32,000 nucleotides of DNA from an uncultured Chloroflexia bacterium. GTDB taxonomy: Bacteria; Chloroflexota; Anaerolineae; Anaerolineales; Anaerolineaceae. Position 1 is the stretch's first letter; every line of letters starts with the position of its first letter. The DNA lies in the NCBI GenBank assembly GCA_963704755.1, contig OY969938.1:780001-812000 (forward strand), written 5' to 3'. Position numbers and translations under genes: made by a program. A model generated the notes under the pieces. That model saw nothing but the letters and a program-made list of their open reading frames with translations, searched no databases and was not told where the DNA came from. Shown piece by piece: positions 23,618-31,291 of the stretch.

Positions 23618-24406
23618 TCAAGCCAGTTTTACGGTCACCGGGTCGCCAACTGCGGCCCGGAGGCTTTCTGCGGCGCTGCCGTTGACCACACATAGGCTGA
23701 GCCGTCCGGAGCTGTCCAACATGGCGATCAAATCACCCACCTGGGCTTCCCCAAAGGTGTTCTGCACACCCTGGACGATTTTTCCCCGGCAGGCGACTGT
23801 GGCCACCTGCCGGCCGGCCAACAGATCTTCGCTCAGATTGGTGATCAGGTTCCCGAAAACGTCCACCAAAATAACCTGAGCCTCCCAGCCGTTTTCCACA
23901 TCCTGTGGTTGGGGCATATCCAGGAGAATCACTTCACCGGCCGGTGAGCCGATTTTGTTTAGCGGCGTTCCTTGGGCCAGGTGTGCCCCTACCGGGGCAA
24001 AGATATCCCGCCCATGGAACGAGCGGCTGATGTCGGGAAGCCAGAATTGTGGCTGGTCCAGTTGGACGATATCTACCAGCTCTCCGCGAGTTTCAGCGTC
24101 TTGTAATACGGCGGTAAGCAGGCCATTATCCGGGGCGACAAAATAATGTTCGCCGATCCGGGCCGCGATCGCTCGCCGGGCAGTACCGACGCCCGGGTCA
24201 ATCACAGCCACGTGAACACTGCCGGCCGGGAAATAGCGGTAGGATTTCTCCAATAAAATAGCTCCCTGGAGCACATTCTGCGGGGCAACTTCGTGGCTGA
24301 TGTCAGCGATCTGCGCCTGTGGGGCAATCCCCCAGATCACACCTTTCATCACCCCCACAAAGCCATCCTTATTGCCAAAATCGGTTAGAAGTGAAATAAC
24401 GGTCAT
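23618..24406 (-). CDS. SAM hydrolase / SAM hydroxide adenosyltransferase family protein (DUF62)
   Basis: The 262-aa ORF has the N-terminus ISLLTDFGNKDGFVGVMKGVIWGIAP...IADISHEV...AVIDPGVGTARR, which is diagnostic of the family. Confidence 0.85.
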   Translation of the reverse strand: MTVISLLTDFGNKDGFVGVMKGVIWGIAPQAQIADISHEVAPQNVLQGAILLEKSYRYFPAGSVHVAVIDPGVGTARRAIAARIGEHYFVAPDNGLLTAVLQDAETRGELVDIVQLDQPQFWLPDISRSFHGRDIFAPVGAHLAQGTPLNKIGSPAGEVILLDMPQPQDVENGWEAQVILVDVFGNLITNLSEDLLAGRQVATVACRGKIVQGVQNTFGEAQVGDLIAMLDSSGRLSLCVVNGSAAESLRAAVGDPVTVKLA

Positions 24407-24450
24407 GGCTTTATTGTAATGTCAATCGCCGATCAACCAACCAAAAGTCG

Positions 24451-24495
24451 GGGGGATTGTTTTTCGTGTGCGATGCATAGGAAAAACAATCCCCC
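24451..24495. repeat. Intergenic hairpin repeat, copy B (45 nt)
   Basis: GGGGGATTGTTTTTC-GTGTGCGATGCATAG-GAAAAACAATCCCCC has a 15-bp outer stem and the same apex as copy A. It lies between the SET-domain stop and the DUF62 start. Confidence 0.7.
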
Positions 24496-24505
24496 AGATT
24501 CTCAA

Positions 24506-25051
24506 TCAGGCCAGTTTTCGTCCGTTGTTTCGCGGAGCAAGCTGGCGCATTTTTTCGATCCGCCGTTGTAAGTACGGCGAGAAATAACCGTCGTAACGTT
24601 CCTGCAATTCGGGTAACTGCCAGTCGTGTCCGGTAATCGTTTTGCGGCAGTTTGTCGAGCCGCAGTGGCATTCGAATTCGTCGTAATCCGAAGAGTCGCT
24701 CATCGCATAATCGAAGCAAACCTCTTCACCGGTGGGGATATCCCGCATGGCAACCATCGAGATCGGCGTGTCCAGCCCGCTGTTCGGGTCACAGGAATGG
24801 TTGAAATAATCCGCCAATTCGCCATGTGTAACCGGCACCAGATACAGGTCTTCCTGAATCTGGATACCATGGGTCTGTCGCTCTACCGGTAATTCACCCA
24901 ATTGGTCAGTCGTGACCACCTGGCCGCCCCACATGGCCAGCAGTTCGCCCTGCGGAATTGGTTCGATGGCATACAGGCCAAAGCCGCCTTTTTCGCTACA
25001 CGGCCGCAGTTCCAATTTTGGTGAACAATACGAAAACGTCGTAATTTCCAT
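24506..25051 (-). CDS. SET-domain protein (putative protein lysine methyltransferase)
   Basis: The 181-aa ORF has NHSCDPN, EEVCFDY and a post-SET Cys cluster CHCGSTNCR. Confidence 0.85.
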   Translation of the reverse strand: MEITTFSYCSPKLELRPCSEKGGFGLYAIEPIPQGELLAMWGGQVVTTDQLGELPVERQTHGIQIQEDLYLVPVTHGELADYFNHSCDPNSGLDTPISMVAMRDIPTGEEVCFDYAMSDSSDYDEFECHCGSTNCRKTITGHDWQLPELQERYDGYFSPYLQRRIEKMRQLAPRNNGRKLA

Positions 25052-25219
25052 TTTTCTCCTGGGTACACAGTATTGAAATACTTTTCAGTCAAAATTGCCA
25101 TGGATATTTCACCATGAGCCTGTCCTGGGCAGCCAAAAGGTTACCCAACCGACCAGCCATAACGGCGGCCTGTTCCCCGCTCCGCTTGAACAGCAAGCGT
25201 GGATCAGCGCGCTCGAGGC

Positions 25220-25264
25220 AAAAAGATTGGCGCCCCCGCGAAAATTCGTGGTTTTTGGCGCCAA
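25220..25264 (-). terminator. Candidate intrinsic terminator about 190 nt downstream of tRNA-Thr
   Basis: Outer stem TTGGCGCC / GGCGCCAA (25227-25234 / 25257-25264) encloses inner stem CCGCGAA / TTCGTGG. On the minus strand it is followed by TCTTTTT. Confidence 0.4.
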
Positions 25265-25457
25265 GGTTTTCCCCACAACTTGACCTGGGGAAGTGCGTTA
25301 CAGCGACTTAAAGTGCTGACGAGACAGACACATGCCTTGCCAGGGCAATTTCGGTACCAGAAGGTAACCCTTCCTACCGGGCAATGGAGTGCATATTATA
25401 ACAAATACTGCCTTGAATGAATAGAAATTGTGTAGATAGATGTTAGAATTAATCTTG

Positions 25458-25530
25458 AGCCATCGATGGGATTCGGACCCATGACCTGACGTTTACGAAA
25501 CGCCTGCTCTGCCAGCTGAGCTACGATGGC
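25458..25530 (-). tRNA. tRNA-Thr (anticodon CGU)
   Basis: The minus-strand sequence is GCCATCGTAGCTCAGCTGGCAGAGCAGGCGTTTCGTAAACGTCAGGTCATGGGTCCGAATCCCATCGATGGCT. The cloverleaf folds with a 7-bp acceptor stem, GCTC/GAGC D stem, GGCGT/ACGTC anticodon stem, loop TTCGTAA and ATGGG/CCCAT T stem. CCA is not encoded. Confidence 0.9.
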
Positions 25531-25583
25531 GTGCGGCGAAATTATAACAGCACTCCTTAAAAAACAGCAAGGAATTTACTGAT

Positions 25584-26870
25584 ATGAATGTGGCTATGCT
25601 TTCTTACCATACCTGTCCTTTGGCGACTTTGGGCGGTAAAGATACCGGTGGAATGAATGTATACGTCGCCGAACTGACCCGCCATTTGGGCAAGTTTGGT
25701 ATTCACGTGGATGTATTCACCCGCTCGCAGGACGAACACGTGCCGCACGTCCTGCATGACCTGGGCTATGGCAACCGGGTGGTCCATATCCCGGCCGGGC
25801 CAGAGACCCCGTTGCCCAAGCCTGAGTTAGCCAGCCACATTCCCCAGTTTGTAGAAAACATACGCGATTTTGCCGAATGCAAGAACATTCACTACGATTT
25901 GATTCACAGCCATTACTGGATGTCCGGGGTGGCCGCCGAGGCGCTCAAAGCCACCTGGCAGGTGCCCATTGTGCACATGTACCATACCCTGGTGATGATG
26001 AAGAACCGCATCGCCCGCAGCCCGGAAGAACGTGAGGGCGATTACCGTCTGGAAGGGGAAAAACGGATCCTGCAAGTCGCGGACCGTATCATTGTGGCCA
26101 CCCTGGCCGAGCAGTCGCAACTGGAATTCCTTTATAAAGCTAACAGTCGTAAACTTGAGGTCATCCCGCCCGGGGTGGATATCAGCCGCTTTTACCCCAT
26201 CCCGCGCGACGAAGCTCGCGCCGTGATTGGTATCCCGGAAAAAGAACGCATGATCCTATACGTCGGCCGGATCGAACCGCTGAAAGGCATCGACACGCTC
26301 TTACGCTCGATCAGCTACATGCAGCACGAGGAAGACCAGACCTGCTGCTCCTATAACCTGGTCATCATCGGCGGCGACCCGGATGCCAGCGAGCAAACGC
26401 TGGATTCGGAGATTACCCGCCTGAAGATCCTGGCTCACGACCTGGACCTCAAGGACACCGTGTTCTTCCTCGGCAAACGCAGCCAGGATTCGCTGCCGTA
26501 TTATTATTCTGCCGCTGACGTGGTCGTGGTGCCCTCCCATTACGAATCTTTCGGCATGGTCGCCCTGGAAGCGATGGCTTGCGGTACACCGGTGGTCGCC
26601 TCACAGGTCGGCGGACTGGCCTTCCTGGTCCAGGACGGCGAGACCGGCTACGTCATCCCGGATGGCGAGCCGCAACTGCTGGGCAAACGGGTGGCCGGAA
26701 TTATATGCAACCCCGAATTACGCGACCGGCTGGGCCGCCAGGGCGCCGAACTGGCCCGGTCCTATTCCTGGGACCTGATCACCCAGCGGATTATGGCTGT
26801 TTATGACGAACTGCTTGGCCAGCCCAACCCCCAAAGATCTCAGCCGGCCACCATCGAAAACCCAATGTAA
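25584..26870 (+). CDS. GT4-family glycosyltransferase, MshA-like (D-inositol-3-phosphate glycosyltransferase-type N-terminus)
   Basis: The 428-aa ORF has N-terminal LSYHTCPLATLGGKDTGGMNVYV and the C-terminal GT-B motif PSHYESFGMVALEAMACGTPVV. The substrate cannot be determined by eye. Confidence 0.8.
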   Translation: MNVAMLSYHTCPLATLGGKDTGGMNVYVAELTRHLGKFGIHVDVFTRSQDEHVPHVLHDLGYGNRVVHIPAGPETPLPKPELASHIPQFVENIRDFAECKNIHYDLIHSHYWMSGVAAEALKATWQVPIVHMYHTLVMMKNRIARSPEEREGDYRLEGEKRILQVADRIIVATLAEQSQLEFLYKANSRKLEVIPPGVDISRFYPIPRDEARAVIGIPEKERMILYVGRIEPLKGIDTLLRSISYMQHEEDQTCCSYNLVIIGGDPDASEQTLDSEITRLKILAHDLDLKDTVFFLGKRSQDSLPYYYSAADVVVVPSHYESFGMVALEAMACGTPVVASQVGGLAFLVQDGETGYVIPDGEPQLLGKRVAGIICNPELRDRLGRQGAELARSYSWDLITQRIMAVYDELLGQPNPQRSQPATIENPM

Positions 26871-26879
26871 AGGATGACC

Positions 26880-27584
26880 CTAGACCGGCATGCGGAAGAA
26901 GACTATCAAAACCATCAGAATGCTGATCCAGACCCCCAGGGCTGCCCACATCCGGAACACTCGCGTTCCGGCCTTTAGCATTAAGCCAACAAAGAATACC
27001 GCTCCGCCAATGGCTATAAACCCGCAGGCCTGATAGAAATTATCGAAAATACGGAACTGGTTAGCCATTTTCAACTGGTATGCCAGCAGAAAATGGATCG
27101 CCCAATTCATCAGGAAGCCGAGGGCAAAAAACTTCAGGCCAACCGGCAACACCGGTTTCCAAATGGTGATCAAAATCAACGAAGTCATCAGCAGCAGGAT
27201 AAAGAACATATCCGATGAAAGGCTGATGCGATCGATATGCAGCACCAATTCCATCACGAACCAGATCAACAAGCCGGAAACTGAGCCGAACCAGATCCGT
27301 GCCGGCTCACCCATATTCAATTGAATCGAACGGTCCAGGGAAAATATTCCAACAGCCAGGGCAAATAGGGTATAGACCAGCAACCCCGACGGCCCAAATA
27401 AAACCTGCACCGGGGCAATCATCAAATTGACCGTCATGGTCAGCAGGATCAACACAGCCGACGGCAGCACCCCATCGTAAACAATACGAACTATTTTCTC
27501 ACGCCAGGATTCCTCACCCCAGATATTCCTTACCGGCGAAATAAGGGGAAAGTGCAATATCATGCGGTCATCAGACGGTTTCAT
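26880..27584 (-). CDS. Polytopic membrane protein of unknown function
   Basis: The 234-aa ORF has about 6-7 hydrophobic segments and no motif I recognise. Confidence 0.5.
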   Translation of the reverse strand: MKPSDDRMILHFPLISPVRNIWGEESWREKIVRIVYDGVLPSAVLILLTMTVNLMIAPVQVLFGPSGLLVYTLFALAVGIFSLDRSIQLNMGEPARIWFGSVSGLLIWFVMELVLHIDRISLSSDMFFILLLMTSLILITIWKPVLPVGLKFFALGFLMNWAIHFLLAYQLKMANQFRIFDNFYQACGFIAIGGAVFFVGLMLKAGTRVFRMWAALGVWISILMVLIVFFRMPV

Positions 27585-27624
27585 GGTCCTACCTTGCTTC
27601 CGGGCTGGGTTTCATTACCCGGTA

Positions 27625-28809
27625 CTAGCTCGATCCATTTTTTAACGACGTCCCTTTTTGGACGATTTTCTTCCCGTATTTGTCCTTGAGTGCATCGATC
27701 GCCTGTAAAAGTTTTCGCTCTTTGTCGTCCGGGGTCTCCCACAAGGCCGGCTGGAAGGTTTCCTCCGCCAACCCGCTGACGCCTACTCCGATCAGGCGGA
27801 CAGGGCGCTCCCCGTCCCAGGCCTGAGCAAACAGCTCCAGCGCTGCGGTAGAAATGATGCTGTCCTGGCTGGTTGCCTGCGGCAGGGTCACCTGACGGGT
27901 ATGAGTTGAAAAATCCGGCCAGCGGACTTTGATCCGGACGGTTGCACCAACCATATTGTGCTGGCGCAGCCGGTAGCCGACCTGCTCGCTCAACTCACGG
28001 ATCTTTTGGTAAAGAGCCTGTTGGTCATGGATATCTTTGGAAAATGTGACTTCCTGGCTGATGGATTTGGTCTGGTGTTCTGTGGTAACCGGGCTGTCGT
28101 CAATTCCATGGGCGCTCCTGGATAGGTCACGGCCATATTTGCCGTACAGGCGGATCAACGCATCCTCGGGTTCGCGAGCCAAATCGCCAATCGTATGGAT
28201 CCCCAAACTATTCAGTTTTTCGGCCGTCTTTGGGCCAACGCCTAATAAGGCTTTTACCGGTAACGGCGCCAGAAATTGGGCTTCCTCACCCGGGGGCACG
28301 ATGCGGATAGCGAAAGGTGGACCGTTGCCGCGATGAGCGGCTTTGCCCGCATCGGTCGCCAGTTTTGCAACCAATTTGTTGCTGGCTATTCCCAGAGAAC
28401 AAGGCAGACCTGTTTCTTGGCGAATGGTTCTTTGTAGAGATTGGCCCAGTTGCAACAATGGCTGATGGATGTCACTGACTTCGAGGTAGGCTTCGTCGAT
28501 GGATATCTGTTCGATTAGAGCGGTGTACCTGGCCAGGATCGCCATAACGCTTCTGGATGCTTCGGAGTATGCAGCGAAGTGACCGGACACAATGGTGAGT
28601 TGAGGGCAAAGACGTAGGGCCCGGCTGGTAGGCATAGCCGAGGAAATCCCAAAGGCTCGTGCTGCGTAGGAACAGGATGCGACCACCCCGCGATTTTCTG
28701 GTCTGCCACCTACCATGAATGGTTTTCCTAGCAACTCAGGATGATGGAGTTCTTCTACCGAGCAGAAAAACGCATCCAGGTCCAGGTGAATAATCTTACG
28801 AAAAACCAT
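27625..28809 (-). CDS. dinB: DNA polymerase IV (Y-family)
   Basis: The 394-aa ORF has IIHLDLDAFFCSVEE, SIDEAYLEV and GIASNKLVAKLA motifs. Confidence 0.92.
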   Translation of the reverse strand: MVFRKIIHLDLDAFFCSVEELHHPELLGKPFMVGGRPENRGVVASCSYAARAFGISSAMPTSRALRLCPQLTIVSGHFAAYSEASRSVMAILARYTALIEQISIDEAYLEVSDIHQPLLQLGQSLQRTIRQETGLPCSLGIASNKLVAKLATDAGKAAHRGNGPPFAIRIVPPGEEAQFLAPLPVKALLGVGPKTAEKLNSLGIHTIGDLAREPEDALIRLYGKYGRDLSRSAHGIDDSPVTTEHQTKSISQEVTFSKDIHDQQALYQKIRELSEQVGYRLRQHNMVGATVRIKVRWPDFSTHTRQVTLPQATSQDSIISTAALELFAQAWDGERPVRLIGVGVSGLAEETFQPALWETPDDKERKLLQAIDALKDKYGKKIVQKGTSLKNGSS

Positions 28810-29015
28810 TCGCCGTCCTTATAATAGCTCGAATTCGCATAAAATAGATGTAAAAAAAGTTTACAACAGGTTGTCATGCGGTAATTATTTTGTAAATTCC
28901 GCTGTTCAATCGATCGAAAATCGCCCTTATTTGGCTGTGCCGTCGATTTTAAAACACCGTTACTACAGATTAAGATAGCCCATCCTGGCATCATTTTTAC
29001 ATCCAGTCGGCCGGT

Positions 29016-29261
29016 TCAACCACGCCTTTCCTCGACCAATGCAGCCAGTTGATTCAGGCTGTCAAAAGTATCTGCATTCAATTCTGTATCATCGATCCTT
29101 ACCCCAAACAAGTCTTCGACGATCAGAGCCAGATCGACCAGGCTGAACGAATCGATCAGGCCGCTCGATATCAGGGGTTCGTCCGGCTGGATTACTTTTC
29201 CGGGCTGTTTCAAGATATCGGCTGCAATTTTCTCTGCGAGCATTTGGACGGTTTCCGACAT
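29016..29261 (-). CDS. Stand-alone acyl/peptidyl carrier protein (phosphopantetheine-binding)
   Basis: The 81-aa ORF has the motif GLIDSFSLVDL with the attachment Ser. It is acidic, and a GGAGA SD lies upstream. Confidence 0.75.
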   Translation of the reverse strand: MSETVQMLAEKIAADILKQPGKVIQPDEPLISSGLIDSFSLVDLALIVEDLFGVRIDDTELNADTFDSLNQLAALVEERRG

Positions 29262-29282
29262 GATTTTCTCCTGTTGAAAAGA

Positions 29283-30302
29283 TTATTGAGCGTTGAGTGT
29301 CTTCCAGACGAAATCCAGCGATTGAAGCCCGGTCAGGTTGCGAACCGGCCGCGCATCGAGCATTTGCTGCGGATCATCGAACATATCCTGGCCAACCGTA
29401 AGGTGAAACCCATCCGTCCACAAGCCGTGGTTTGGTAATGGATTTGCCGCGGCCCAAAAATTCCACAACGGAATCTGGTATTCGCAGGCCAGGTTGGCGA
29501 TGGTCTGGTCGATGCTGTAATCCCCTTCCAGGTTATCGGCTTTGGTCGCAATAATCGGCACGGCTCCATGGGCGATTACAGTGTCCAGGATCTGGCGCAT
29601 GTATTTCTCGTACACATCGGCCGGCTGTTTCGACCACCATGTTTCCATGCTGACGATCACGATGCTGGGTTTGTTGATGCGCAATTCGCAATCCAGCGGG
29701 TCTTCCTTAGGTTGGCACTGATCAGGGTCAGATTGCAGTACGGAAAGCACCGCGGCCACATTATACCCCCCACTGACGGCCAGACTGTGGCGTGAAAATG
29801 AGCCTTTGAACCAATCGATCGTCTCTTGCAGGTAAGCGTACTGCTCACCCAGGCTGTAGTCATCCAGGTTATCGAAATGGCCCAGAAAAACCGAGGGGAC
29901 GTTCTGGCAGTCCCCCACCACCGAGATGGCATGGGGATTGTTTCCCGCGGCCAGGCCGTCCTGGTACACCTTGACCATTTCAGCGGACACGTAATTGGGG
30001 ACCACCGGCATCGATTGCCAATCTGCCGCATCGCATTTTGGCTGGTAATGGGTCGGCAGTGCGGTTGGGGTAAACTGCCAGGTCGATGTGGGCCCGGGTG
30101 TGATCGTGGGGATCAACGGTTCGCTCGGATCGGTTTGGACGGGGTTCGTCTCTGTAGATTGGCTCGCGGCCGGATAAGGAGAAACCAGGGTCGCGGTGGC
30201 GGCGCCTTGATGGGCCGCGACCGGGCTGCCCGAACAGCTATTCATCACCAGGCCGAACAGGATTACGCCGACGACAACCGCAAACTGGCGAGAATGGTTC
30301 AT
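29283..30302 (-). CDS. Lipoprotein with a Pro/Thr-rich linker and an SGNH/GDSL-hydrolase-like domain
   Basis: The signal peptide has a lipobox-like LVMNSC. After a low-complexity linker, the domain has block-I-like VVGDCQN and block-V-like DGFHLT. The family call is tentative. Confidence 0.5.
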   Translation of the reverse strand: MNHSRQFAVVVGVILFGLVMNSCSGSPVAAHQGAATATLVSPYPAASQSTETNPVQTDPSEPLIPTITPGPTSTWQFTPTALPTHYQPKCDAADWQSMPVVPNYVSAEMVKVYQDGLAAGNNPHAISVVGDCQNVPSVFLGHFDNLDDYSLGEQYAYLQETIDWFKGSFSRHSLAVSGGYNVAAVLSVLQSDPDQCQPKEDPLDCELRINKPSIVIVSMETWWSKQPADVYEKYMRQILDTVIAHGAVPIIATKADNLEGDYSIDQTIANLACEYQIPLWNFWAAANPLPNHGLWTDGFHLTVGQDMFDDPQQMLDARPVRNLTGLQSLDFVWKTLNAQ

Positions 30303-30327
30303 TGCTGCTCCTCTACGATGGCTCGGT

Positions 30328-31014
30328 TTATTTTCTGGAAGGATTATCCAGCCTCAGTCCGTAGCCACGCACGGTGACCAGGAAGCTGTGATTTGGATCG
30401 AGGACTGCAATCCGGTCCCGCAGCCGCCGGATCAGCGCATCCAGCGCCTGCTCCGAAACACCCACGGCGGCATCATCGCTCCACACCGAAACTACCAGAT
30501 CTTGCCGCGAAACCACCTTGCCTTCGGCATTGAACAGGGCTTCCAACAAACGAAACTGCGGCACCGAGAGCGGTGGTAAAAGCTCGCGCTCATCGATCCA
30601 TACTCGCCGGGAAAGTTTATCCAGGTAAAGACGGAGTGCAGGCCGCTCCTCGTTTTCTGGCTCGAAAAAGCCCGGTCTTCCAGACCCTAACGGGACGGTC
30701 GCATCCGAGCTCAAATAAACAAAATTTTGGACCATGGCAATTTGGATGGTGTCGCCATCCTGCAGCCGCATCGGTTCCGTGACCGGCACACCGTTGAGGT
30801 AGGTGCCGTTTTTACTGGAAAGGTCTTCCAAGACCAGGTTTTCATCCTGCGCGGACAAGCGCGCATGATAACGTGACACCTGGCGATCCGGGATAATGAC
30901 ATCACAGGATTCGTCCCGGCCGATAACCGTGTCTTTTACGATCACCCAACGTTCGCCATTCAAAGGACCACTCTGGCCAATCAAAATAGGCAAATCTTCG
31001 TTTGAATGATCCAT
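30328..31014 (-). CDS. FHA domain fused to an OmpR/PhoB-type winged-helix DNA-binding domain
   Basis: The FHA part reads GRDESCDVIIPDRQVSRYHARL...LEDLSSKNGTYLNG. The C-terminal part reads LSVPQFRLLEALFNAEGKVVSRQDLVVSVW...ALDALIRRLRDRI...VTVRGYGLRL. Confidence 0.85.
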   Translation of the reverse strand: MDHSNEDLPILIGQSGPLNGERWVIVKDTVIGRDESCDVIIPDRQVSRYHARLSAQDENLVLEDLSSKNGTYLNGVPVTEPMRLQDGDTIQIAMVQNFVYLSSDATVPLGSGRPGFFEPENEERPALRLYLDKLSRRVWIDERELLPPLSVPQFRLLEALFNAEGKVVSRQDLVVSVWSDDAAVGVSEQALDALIRRLRDRIAVLDPNHSFLVTVRGYGLRLDNPSRK

Positions 31015-31291
31015 GTAGCAGTTCCTCCGGGATTTTCAAGGTCATTGTAACCACTCAGGTTGGTGAAATAAGTTCTCGAATTTGGCATGTTCCGGAATTA
31101 TCGCCCCCGCCACCCTACCAAATTCGAGATTCATTCTCATCAGGCTGATCAGTTACAGGTCGTTAAAACATACCTGTACGGTATAATATATCAAAGATTC
31201 AGAAATTTGTGTTGTTGCAAGCCCTTTCTTTCTGGTAATACGCCGAAATAAAGCCAGAATACTTCAAGGAATCTTACGCCAGGAACAGGTC

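Noticed and set aside
24411-24719. A 102-aa minus-strand ORF spans the SET-domain 3' end and hairpin repeat B.
   Set aside because: It is in an alternative frame of the SET gene, runs through the repeat element, and has an Arg/Leu-rich translation with no domain.
25095-25420. Three overlapping plus-strand ORFs (62-73 aa) in the SET / tRNA-Thr intergenic region.
   Set aside because: They are mutually overlapping frames with no SD sequences and low-complexity products. The region is better explained as promoter, terminator or spacer.
28849-28874. Overlapping small palindromes (TGTAAA-N5-TTTACA and ACAAC-AG-GTTGT) upstream of dinB, considered as a LexA/SOS box.
   Set aside because: The arms are only 5-6 bp, the region is AT-rich so such dyads arise by chance, and they match none of the LexA consensus sequences I know. 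No lexA or other SOS promoter is available in the window for comparison.
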